DNA of 64,000 nucleotides from a virus: IMG/VR virus record IMGVR_UViG_3300042894_004439, positions 1 to 64,000 of that record; one strand, 5' to 3'. Shown piece by piece: positions 9,700 to 16,941 of this stretch (position 1 is its first letter; each line of letters starts with the position of its first letter). The notes under the pieces were generated by a model. It saw only the letters and a program-made list of their open reading frames with translations, ran no database searches and was not told where the DNA came from. The position numbers and the translations under genes were made by a program.

Positions 9700-11376
9700 A
9701 TGGACAGATATAAAGAACTTGAACAACTTATAACACAATTTAGAAGAAATTTACCTCAAGACCAACACTATGCAGACAGACTGGCAGAAGAACTAGAACT
9801 AATAAGAGATCAAAACTTTGCTCGACATTTTTTGCGAGTGAGAGAAATATTAGATCTCACAACAGATATACCACACATCACTAGAGGATCAGCAGGAAGC
9901 AGTTTAGTATGCTGGCTCATGGGAATCAGTGATTTAGATCCAGTGGCAGAGAACATCCCTATAGCACGTTTCATGAATCCCAAACGTGATGATCTTCCTG
10001 ACATCGATCTTGATTTTCCACACTGGCAACAGGCCACTGTGATGAATAGAATATTCAAACGCTGGCCTGGACAAAGTGCCAGAGTGTCAAACTATGTGAT
10101 GTATAAGGAAAAGTCAGCCAAAAGAGAAGCAGCCAAACGACTGGGTGCCAAAGGCACTCTTAAACGTGGCTTTGAATTTCATCAAGTGCTACCCCCAGAA
10201 GAGATACAGGAAGCTGAACGTGTAACAGCCAAGCTCATGGGTAAAAAACGATGTATTTCAAAACACTGCGGTGGCATATTGATCTTTGATCGCGCTGTGC
10301 CCAAAAGTCTAATCAATGGTGACAATCAGATCTTGTTAGACAAGTATGAAACTGAAGACCTTGAGCATTTTAAAATTGACATTTTGGCCAATCGTGGATT
10401 GAGTCAACTATGGGAAATTGATCAGCGTTCGTTAACTGACTATCCTGAACATGATCAAGCCACCAGCGACCTACTAGGTCGTGGTGATGTGTTGGGTGTG
10501 ACTCAGGGTGAGTCACCGGCCATGAAAAGATTGTTCCGAGCTCTTAAAGTAAAAAGCCGTAGCGACTGTACTTTAGCTACTGCACTCATACGACCAGTGG
10601 CCACACAGGGCAGACGCAAGGCGTCTGCGTTTCAAGACTGGAGTACTGATACCATACAACAAGATACAGTTGTGTTTGAGGATGATGCCATAACCATGAT
10701 AGCAGATATTTTAGAATGCGACATGTATACAGCAGACATGTGGCGCAGAGCCTTTGCCAAACGCAATGAAGAAAAGATCTATGAATTCATGCAGTTAATT
10801 GGAGATCATCCTAAAAGAGATACTGTGCTGAGTGCCTTGAGAGAACTCAGCCATTTTGGTCTTTGCCGTGCTCATGCCACTAATTTAGGTAGATTGATCT
10901 GGGCGTTGGCTTACCAAAAAGCACACAATCCTGAACAATTCTGGAGAGCCTGCTTGAAACATTGTGAAGGCAGTTATAGTCGTTGGGTGTACTATCAAGA
11001 AGCCAAACTGGCCGGTGCGGTGCATGCTCCAATGGAGGGCGGCGAATGTGATGAATTAGCTCGTACTGGTCGTTGGACTAGCAGTAGATTTATTCCAGCC
11101 TGCACAGAAATACGGCGTCCTGGTGAAGTAGAATTTTTAGGACTTGTTGCCAATTATCGAGTGTTCAAAAGCGGCGCTAAAGATTACATTACCTTTGCTA
11201 CCCTGGGCACAGGCAACGGACGCTATTTAGATGTGATACTACCACATGCTATCAGTTTTTCAGAGCAACCAATTCTATGGGGAAAAGGCCGATTAGACTA
11301 TGCAAACAATTCAGAATGTGTTAAAGTGTACAAAAGCAAACGCATGCGACTGCAAGAAATAGCACACATTGATTAA
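9700..11376 (+). CDS. dnaE: compact family C DNA polymerase (DnaE-like, no PHP domain)
   Basis: RGSAGSSLV..GISDLDP, RFMNPKR..PDIDLDF, KHCGG, KIDIL, RAHA, YQKAHNPEQF, OB-like C-terminus; TATAAATA at 9664-9671. Confidence 0.88.
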   Translation: MDRYKELEQLITQFRRNLPQDQHYADRLAEELELIRDQNFARHFLRVREILDLTTDIPHITRGSAGSSLVCWLMGISDLDPVAENIPIARFMNPKRDDLPDIDLDFPHWQQATVMNRIFKRWPGQSARVSNYVMYKEKSAKREAAKRLGAKGTLKRGFEFHQVLPPEEIQEAERVTAKLMGKKRCISKHCGGILIFDRAVPKSLINGDNQILLDKYETEDLEHFKIDILANRGLSQLWEIDQRSLTDYPEHDQATSDLLGRGDVLGVTQGESPAMKRLFRALKVKSRSDCTLATALIRPVATQGRRKASAFQDWSTDTIQQDTVVFEDDAITMIADILECDMYTADMWRRAFAKRNEEKIYEFMQLIGDHPKRDTVLSALRELSHFGLCRAHATNLGRLIWALAYQKAHNPEQFWRACLKHCEGSYSRWVYYQEAKLAGAVHAPMEGGECDELARTGRWTSSRFIPACTEIRRPGEVEFLGLVANYRVFKSGAKDYITFATLGTGNGRYLDVILPHAISFSEQPILWGKGRLDYANNSECVKVYKSKRMRLQEIAHID

Positions 11377-11687
11377 TGGCCCGACTACACATATACCCAC
11401 ATAACGAACCTCAACAGGATCTACACATAGTGGCAGATCCTGCCGCACTGAGAGCACTAGCACAGGCTCTGTTAAGTGTGGCCAAAAATCCAAACATTTT
11501 TGAGCGAGTAAAGTTGCATACAAGTGATGGACATGAATACACTGCTATGATTGTGTCTGGTATTTCTGAATCTGAGTGGCAAGACATATCTCCAGCCTAT
11601 GCCAAATCAACTGTTCCGGCCATCTCAGTCCTGGAAGATTATCATAGTTTAAAAACACAGTTGACAGAGTCCCAACAAAAATCGTAA
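11376..11687 (+). CDS. hypothetical protein
   Basis: TAATG-coupled to the DnaE-like gene. Confidence 0.7.
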   Translation: MARLHIYPHNEPQQDLHIVADPAALRALAQALLSVAKNPNIFERVKLHTSDGHEYTAMIVSGISESEWQDISPAYAKSTVPAISVLEDYHSLKTQLTESQQKS

Positions 11688-11699
11688 CAAAACTGTAAT
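11682..11699 (+). promoter_or_regulatory. Pho box (PhoB-binding site)
   Basis: TCGTAAC-AAAA-CTGTAAT, two 7-mers with 11-nt period resembling CTGTCAT-A(T/A)A(T/A)-CTGTCAC, upstream of pstS. Confidence 0.65.
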
Positions 11700-11741
11700 A
11701 TGATTCTGCTTAAATAATTTTGTCACAACAAGGAGAACTCA

Positions 11742-12743
11742 GTGAACAAACTACTAGCAATCTTATTAACCGCAGTCGCTTTATCAGCAAACGCAGACAT
11801 CACAGGCGCTGGCGCTACATTCCCATTCCCAATCTATGCCAAGTGGGCTGAAGGATACAAGAAAGCCACAGGCAACAGTTTGAACTATCAAAGCATTGGT
11901 AGTTCAGGTGGCATTAGACAAATTAACGCAAAGACAGTTGACTTTGGTGCAACAGATGCGCCAGTTAAAGGTGAAGATCTTGACAAGAACGGACAAGTGC
12001 AGTTTCCTGCTATCATAGGCGGAACAGTTCCTGTAGTAAACTTAGATGGTATCAAGCCGGGTGAACTAAAGATTACTGGACCAGTAATGGCAGATGTATT
12101 CATGGGCAACATCATTCGTTGGAATGATCCTCGATTACTAGCATTAAACCCAGGTAAGACATTGCCTAACACTGAAATCACCATTGTTCATCGTGCTGAT
12201 GGTTCAGGTACAACATTTAACTGGACAGACTACTTGAGCACTGTAAGTCCAGAGTGGTTGGCCAAAGTAGGTCGCGGTGCCGCAGTCAAGTGGCCAGCGG
12301 CAAACTCAGTAGGTGGTAAAGGCAACGAAGGTGTTGCTGCCAACGTGAACAGAATCAAAGGTTCGATTGGATATGTAGAATATGCTTATGTTAAAAAGAA
12401 CAACATGACATTCCTACAATTACAAAACCGATCAGGCCGCTATGTCAGTCCAGATGATCTAACATTTGCCGCGGCTGCAGACGGTGCTGATTGGTTCAGT
12501 GTTCCTGGTATGGGACTCAGCATTGTGGACCAACGTAATCCCAATGCTTGGCCTGTTAGTTCAGCCAGTTTCATCATCATGTACAAAGAGCCAAAGAATA
12601 AAACCAATAGTGATGAAGTGCTAAAGTTCTTTGATTGGGCATTTAAGAACGGCAAGAAAGATGCTATGGATTTAGATTATGTACCATTACCGGACAGTTT
12701 AACAAAGCAGATACGTGAACGTGTTTGGACACAAATTAAATAA
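11742..12743 (+). CDS. pstS: phosphate ABC transporter substrate-binding protein PstS
   Basis: Signal peptide; GAGATFPFPIYAKW, YQSIGSSGG, DFGATD, HRADGSGTT, GKGNEGVA, IGYVE; AGGAG SD, GTG start. Confidence 0.97.
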   Translation: MNKLLAILLTAVALSANADITGAGATFPFPIYAKWAEGYKKATGNSLNYQSIGSSGGIRQINAKTVDFGATDAPVKGEDLDKNGQVQFPAIIGGTVPVVNLDGIKPGELKITGPVMADVFMGNIIRWNDPRLLALNPGKTLPNTEITIVHRADGSGTTFNWTDYLSTVSPEWLAKVGRGAAVKWPAANSVGGKGNEGVAANVNRIKGSIGYVEYAYVKKNNMTFLQLQNRSGRYVSPDDLTFAAAADGADWFSVPGMGLSIVDQRNPNAWPVSSASFIIMYKEPKNKTNSDEVLKFFDWAFKNGKKDAMDLDYVPLPDSLTKQIRERVWTQIK

Positions 12744-12789
12744 ACCGCGTACAAAATAGAGTACGGCTGGAGTCTCGTAACCAGCACTG

Positions 12790-12809
12790 GCACCTTCGGG
12801 TGCTTTTTT
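12790..12809 (+). terminator. intrinsic terminator
   Basis: GCACC-TTCG-GGTGC followed by T6. Confidence 0.85.
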
Positions 12810-12878
12810 ATGCCCACTAAACTTGTGCTCTAGAGCAATAAATATTAACATAATAAGAATTATATAAAGTGAGCAATA

Positions 12879-13097
12879 ATGATAAAAAAAATCGCTCTAG
12901 GACTGGCTAGTCTTGTAAGTCTAGCGATTCCATCTGCACAACCTACCAATGCCAGAAACTCTGACAATGCAAACACCAACGAGTGTGTACGATGGATCTG
13001 GAGTGGGGATGTGTATGCTAGAAAAGTAACATGTGTGGAATGGCGTAAAAAAGATTGCTCTAATAGATTATACAAAGAAATTTGTAAACGGGAGTAA
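12879..13097 (+). CDS. small secreted Cys-containing protein
   Basis: Signal-peptide-like N-terminus, 4 Cys; TAAATA at 12839-12844. Confidence 0.65.
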   Translation: MIKKIALGLASLVSLAIPSAQPTNARNSDNANTNECVRWIWSGDVYARKVTCVEWRKKDCSNRLYKEICKRE

Positions 13098-13102
13098 AAA
13101 AA

Positions 13103-13600
13103 ATGATAGATCCAATCACAGCACTAGCAGGAATACAAAGCGCAATCAGCATGGTCAAGAAGGCAGCTAATGTTGCCAATGACCTAGGCTCACTTGCGCC
13201 CATGATTGGCAAGATGTTTGATGCCAAGAGCACTGCCACAAAAGCATTGATGGAGGCTAAAAAGTCTAAGAAAGGTTCCAACATGGGAACCGCACTTCAG
13301 ATTGAGATGGCGTTAGAGCAAGCCAGAGCTTTTGAGGAAGAACTTAAAATGCTCTTTATGCAGACTGGTAAGATTGATGTGTGGAACAAGATTAAAGCTA
13401 GGCAAGCAGAAATGGATGCAGATGATGCTCAAGAATTAAGACTTCATAATGCTCAACAACGAGCACGTAAACAAAAAGAAGCAGAGATGAATGAGTGGGC
13501 AATGATTATTGGCGCAGTTGCATTTGTTTTATTTTTGTTGTTTATCGGTGGATATGAACTACACCAGTTTTGTCAAACAGGCAATAGGTGCGGAAGATGA
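13103..13600 (+). CDS. hypothetical coiled-coil protein with C-terminal TM helix
   Basis: 165 aa, GGAG SD. Confidence 0.75.
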   Translation: MIDPITALAGIQSAISMVKKAANVANDLGSLAPMIGKMFDAKSTATKALMEAKKSKKGSNMGTALQIEMALEQARAFEEELKMLFMQTGKIDVWNKIKARQAEMDADDAQELRLHNAQQRARKQKEAEMNEWAMIIGAVAFVLFLLFIGGYELHQFCQTGNRCGR

Positions 13601-13746
13601 ACGAATATCAAAAAACCTTTGACATGTGTTTAAAGATATTTGTTTATGGGTGTGTGGCGTTGTATTTCTTGGGTTTTCTTAAATTTTTGCCTGATGATTT
13701 GTCAAATAAAATTGTAAATTTATTATTAGGCAAAGTAGGACTATAA
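13597..13746 (+). CDS. small membrane protein (49 aa)
   Basis: ATGA overlap; MNEYQKTFDMCLKIFVYGCVALYFLGFLKFLPDDLSNKIVNLLLGKVGL; not in ORF track. Confidence 0.6.
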   Translation: MNEYQKTFDMCLKIFVYGCVALYFLGFLKFLPDDLSNKIVNLLLGKVGL

Positions 13747-13785
13747 CTATAACTATTCCTAATAAATACTCAAAGGGAGAAAACT

Positions 13786-13902
13786 ATGTTAGATATATTA
13801 CTTTGGGTAGCACTAGGTGCGTTTGTAGGCTGGAATTTTCCACAACCATCATGGGCCAAAACAATGCAGGAAAAAATACAATCACTGCTTGCTAAAAAAT
13901 AA
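13786..13902 (+). CDS. small membrane protein (38 aa)
   Basis: TAAATA promoter plus AGGGAG SD; MLDILLWVALGAFVGWNFPQPSWAK... Confidence 0.65.
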   Translation: MLDILLWVALGAFVGWNFPQPSWAKTMQEKIQSLLAKK

Positions 13903-13914
13903 GTGGAGATTTGC

Positions 13915-14079
13915 ATGGTAACAAAGAAAGTTACTGCCAGAAGAAAATCAGTAGCGCCGCCTGCACCACCATCAAAAAACTTTTCAACGGCCGCTTTAGG
14001 GGTGTGTATGGTTATTCTTACCAACTATCAAGCTGAAGTAAAACAAGCATTATCATTAATATTAAAAACGCTGACATGA
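13915..14079 (+). CDS. small hypothetical protein (54 aa)
   Basis: GGAG SD; stop overlaps the next ATG. Confidence 0.55.
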   Translation: MVTKKVTARRKSVAPPAPPSKNFSTAALGVCMVILTNYQAEVKQALSLILKTLT

Positions 14080-14801
14080 ATATATTAGACAAATTTTTAG
14101 AATTTAAAAAACTCCCTTACATTCTAGCAGGAGTCATATTTCTTTGCAGTCTAGCGGTGCTTAGTTGTTTTAAAAGCGCCGAAACTCAGTTGGACACACT
14201 CAATCACGCTGTGTCGTTTAGTCGAGCTATGATCAGATCATCTGACGATCTGACCAATTATGCAAGATATTATGTCACAACAAAAAACGACCAATGGAAA
14301 ACTGAATTCAACAATGTGCTCAAGATACGAAACGGTGAATTGGCTGATGAAAAGGGCGTGGTCAAATCATTCAAGGATAGACTCAAAGAAGTACCGTTTT
14401 TACAGAGTGAATTAGACACACTTTTAAAAGCAGAACAGTTGAGCAACAATTTGGCAAAGCTAGAAATTGAAGCATTTGATTGGACTCAAAAGGGCAAAAT
14501 TGAATTAAATTTCGACATACAAACTCATCACCACATGGCTGCACAATTGTTGATGTTTGGAGATGACTATAAGAACCATAAAAATCAAATTATCCAAACC
14601 ACAAATGAATTTTACACGTCAGTTGTTAATAGGCTGCAATCACAATATCTGTTCTACATGACAACTGCATGGACAATGATAATCTGTATTAACATAAGTT
14701 TGATACTTTTAATAGTCGCTATCAAACATAAAGACAGCATGGTGACTAGACCCAAACGTATAGTGAAAAAGTCACCTGTAAAAAAGCCAATTAGGAAATA
14801 G
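14076..14801 (+). CDS. two-TM protein with periplasmic helical sensor domain and no signalling domain
   Basis: TM1, SSDDLTNYARYYVTT..VLKIRNG..AEQLSNNLAKLE..LMFGDDY (chemoreceptor/kinase-type ligand domain), TM2, short basic tail. Confidence 0.7.
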   Translation: MNILDKFLEFKKLPYILAGVIFLCSLAVLSCFKSAETQLDTLNHAVSFSRAMIRSSDDLTNYARYYVTTKNDQWKTEFNNVLKIRNGELADEKGVVKSFKDRLKEVPFLQSELDTLLKAEQLSNNLAKLEIEAFDWTQKGKIELNFDIQTHHHMAAQLLMFGDDYKNHKNQIIQTTNEFYTSVVNRLQSQYLFYMTTAWTMIICINISLILLIVAIKHKDSMVTRPKRIVKKSPVKKPIRK

Positions 14802-14814
14802 TATAATCTGAATC

Positions 14815-14843
14815 AAACACACAATGTGTGACATTGTGTGTTT
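14815..14843. terminator. bidirectional terminator between convergent genes
   Basis: AAACACACAATGT-GTG-ACATTGTGTGTTT, perfect 13-bp stem. Confidence 0.7.
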
Positions 14844-14848
14844 GTTGG

Positions 14849-15133
14849 TTACTTGGCCGCAACCTTTGGTGTTCTTGGCTTGGGTTCTGTTTTGGGTTTT
14901 GCAGGTGCTTTTGGCTTTACAGGTGCTTTTGGCTTTGCAGGTGCTTTTGGCTTTGCAACTACTGCCGCAGGTACTACTGCGTCTGGTACAACAACCACTG
15001 CTTCAACTGCTGGAGCTGTAACAGGAACTGCGTTGGATGCTTCAACTGCTGCAGGCAATGCTTCTACCTTGCGGGGTTCTTCTGGAATAGTTTTGGGTCT
15101 AAGCGACAAGAATTTTTTTAAGAATGTTAACAT
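14849..15133 (-). CDS. Ala/Pro/Lys-rich histone-like protein with (AKPKAP)n repeats
   Basis: Amphipathic N-terminus MLTFLKKFL, 18-nt tandem repeats; AGGAG SD and TAAATA on minus strand. Confidence 0.75.
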   Translation of the reverse strand: MLTFLKKFLSLRPKTIPEEPRKVEALPAAVEASNAVPVTAPAVEAVVVVPDAVVPAAVVAKPKAPAKPKAPVKPKAPAKPKTEPKPRTPKVAAK

Positions 15134-15182
15134 GGGTTCTCCTATACAGTGTATTTACTCCAAAAAAAAAATTAATTTTTAT

Positions 15183-15211
15183 TTGACATTTATGTGGCAA
15201 TGCAATATAAT
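15183..15211 (+). promoter_or_regulatory. perfect sigma70 promoter with PhaR-box-like operator in the spacer
   Basis: TTGACA-17-TATAAT enclosing ATGTGGCA-A-TGCAATAT. Confidence 0.7.
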
Positions 15212-15264
15212 AACATAAATACTCAGTAGAAACCATGAGTAGCTACATATACAGGACATTACAA

Positions 15265-15441
15265 ATGAAATACCTATCAGAAAAAATGCTGTCTATCTTG
15301 GAACGTTTAAGTGAAATGTTTCCAGGTAACAGTTATCAAAGCCGCTTAGATCAATATCTAAGCACCAAAGGCATTACCGATGCTGCACAGTTGGAAACTT
15401 ACGTCCGACAATTTAATTCTCAACTAGAAACTTATCTATGA
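15265..15441 (+). CDS. small protein resembling the DUF3563 family
   Basis: SRLDQYLSTKGITDAAQLETYVRQF resembles the YL..A.D..DLE.R pattern; AGGA SD. Confidence 0.6.
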   Translation: MKYLSEKMLSILERLSEMFPGNSYQSRLDQYLSTKGITDAAQLETYVRQFNSQLETYL

Positions 15442-15542
15442 AAAACTTTTTAAAAACCATTTACAAAGGTCTAATCACCTGGACAGAAATGATCCACGAA
15501 TATCGTCAACACTCTGCCAGCAGACACCATTATTGGAAATAA
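15438..15542 (+). CDS. small ORF (34 aa)
   Basis: ATGA-coupled; MKNFLKTIYKGLITWTEMIHEYRQHSASRHHYWK. Confidence 0.55.
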   Translation: MKNFLKTIYKGLITWTEMIHEYRQHSASRHHYWK

Positions 15543-15544
15543 TC

Positions 15545-15622
15545 ATGGAATTAGTAGCAATTCAAATTATATTATTTGGGATAATAATTCTAATGTATTT
15601 GGTACAGGAGTTGGATCAATGA
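15545..15622 (+). CDS. small single-TM ORF (25 aa)
   Basis: MELVAIQIILFGIIILMYLVQELDQ; GGA SD. Confidence 0.5.
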   Translation: MELVAIQIILFGIIILMYLVQELDQ

Positions 15623-15720
15623 ACTATTTAGACACATTGTTGATGTTGATACGCTGGGCGCAACAAGGTTGGGAAGTCCATCCTATCAACCTCAATGATG
15701 AAATCACTGGTTGGGTTTAA
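15619..15720 (+). CDS. small ORF (33 aa)
   Basis: AGGAG SD, ATGA-coupled; MNYLDTLLMLIRWAQQGWEVHPINLNDEITGWV. Confidence 0.55.
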   Translation: MNYLDTLLMLIRWAQQGWEVHPINLNDEITGWV

Positions 15721-15742
15721 TCCAAAAATTGATAAGTAATTG

Positions 15743-16447
15743 ATGAATGAACTTATTGCCACCTTGGTGATGACACACATCACCATAGTGTGTGTTACTT
15801 TGTATCTACACCGCGGGCAAGCACATCGCGGCATACTTTTTCACCCTGTGCTAGAACACTTCATGCGAGCCTGGCTATGGCTCACCACAGGCATGGTTAC
15901 CAAACAGTGGGTAGCAATACATCGTAAACATCACAGATTCACAGAAGAATCTGGCGATCCACACAGCCCACATGTGTACGGAATTCTTAGAATTTTATTT
16001 CGCGGCGCTGAACTGTATCATTCGGCCAGCAAAGACTCTGAGATGGTGCAACAATATGGCGCAGGCACACCCAACGATTGGCTGGAACAAAACGTATACA
16101 CCAAGCACAGCCGCCTGGGTATCTTGCTCATGTTACTGATAGATCTATTGCTGTTTGGTTATTGGGGCGTGTTAATATGGATTATCCAAATGATATGGAT
16201 CCCATTCTGGGCGGCAGGTGTAATCAATGGGTTAGGACACTGGTGGGGGTATCGAAATGGTGAAACCAAAGATCACAGTAGAAACATTGTTCCTTGGGAC
16301 ATTGTTGTTGGTGGCGAATGCCTGCATAATAACCATCATTTGGATCCTGCTAACCCTCGACTGAGCCGTCGTTGGTTTGAATTTGATGCAGGCTGGATGT
16401 GGATACAAATTTTTAAATTTTCTAGGTTATTGACTTTAAAAAATTAG
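15743..16447 (+). CDS. membrane fatty acid desaturase (delta-9/DesA-like)
   Basis: Three His boxes HRGQAH, HRKHH, HNNHH; DPHSP; GVINGLGHWWGYRN; EFDAGW. Confidence 0.93.
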   Translation: MNELIATLVMTHITIVCVTLYLHRGQAHRGILFHPVLEHFMRAWLWLTTGMVTKQWVAIHRKHHRFTEESGDPHSPHVYGILRILFRGAELYHSASKDSEMVQQYGAGTPNDWLEQNVYTKHSRLGILLMLLIDLLLFGYWGVLIWIIQMIWIPFWAAGVINGLGHWWGYRNGETKDHSRNIVPWDIVVGGECLHNNHHLDPANPRLSRRWFEFDAGWMWIQIFKFSRLLTLKN

Positions 16448-16466
16448 TGATCGCTCACTACAAATA

Positions 16467-16500
16467 ATTGTTGCACTGCACAATAATTATCATATATAAT
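16467..16500 (+). promoter_or_regulatory. promoter with PhaR-box-like operator upstream of the phasin-like gene
   Basis: Quasi-palindrome ATTGTTGCA-C-TGCACAAT covering -35 TTGCAC; TATAAT 16495-16500. Confidence 0.7.
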
Positions 16501-16505
16501 ATAGT

Positions 16506-16557
16506 ACAAGACGCTGCATAGGGCGGGTCTTGTTAACATTTCGCTTAATAAAGGAAA
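16506..16557 (+). promoter_or_regulatory. ROSE-like two-hairpin leader
   Basis: ACAAGAC-G-CTGC-ATAGG-GCGG-GTCTTGT followed by TTTC-G-CTT-AATA-AAGGAAA sequestering the SD. Confidence 0.7.
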
Positions 16558-16562
16558 ATAAA

Positions 16563-16826
16563 ATGTTCGCATTAGATAACACAATCGACTCTATTCAAAC
16601 CAGTCAAAAAACTTTCGTTAAAACTTTTGTTCAAAATGAAACAATTGCAGATACACTCAACAAACTAGTTGATACCAACGCCGAATACTCCAAAAAGGCT
16701 GTTAAATTGGGTGCTGACACAATGGCTACTTTGGTCGAAGAGGCCACCAAATTTGCTCAAACTGCTGGTAAATTTGATTACGCTAAAATGGTTGAAGAGT
16801 TTACGCCAAAAGCAAGTAAAAAATAA
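16563..16826 (+). CDS. putative phasin-like (PHA granule-associated) helical protein
   Basis: 87 aa amphipathic all-helical Ala/Thr/Lys-rich protein with no Cys or Trp, ending PKASKK; PhaR-type box upstream. The family call is inference. Confidence 0.5.
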   Translation: MFALDNTIDSIQTSQKTFVKTFVQNETIADTLNKLVDTNAEYSKKAVKLGADTMATLVEEATKFAQTAGKFDYAKMVEEFTPKASKK

Positions 16827-16845
16827 AACAATAATTGTTTGGCCA

Positions 16846-16877
16846 AAATCCAGTATTTCGATACTGGATTTTTTTTT
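16846..16877 (+). terminator. intrinsic terminator
   Basis: AAATCCAGTAT-TTCG-ATACTGGATTT plus T-run. Confidence 0.85.
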
Positions 16878-16941
16878 GCCATAAGTAATTGTACAATCAT
16901 TATAGCATGCTATAATACATGCACTAACTTATTTAATTATC

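Noticed and set aside
12766-12800. preQ1-I-like UCGUAAC loop
   Set aside because: No A-rich 3' tail and it lies 3' of a gene; kept only as an unknown motif
14824-15218. Plus-strand repetitive ORFs (GFAGAF, LLALQV, CFWLCR)
   Set aside because: Antisense shadows of the AKPKAP-repeat gene, which has the SD and promoter
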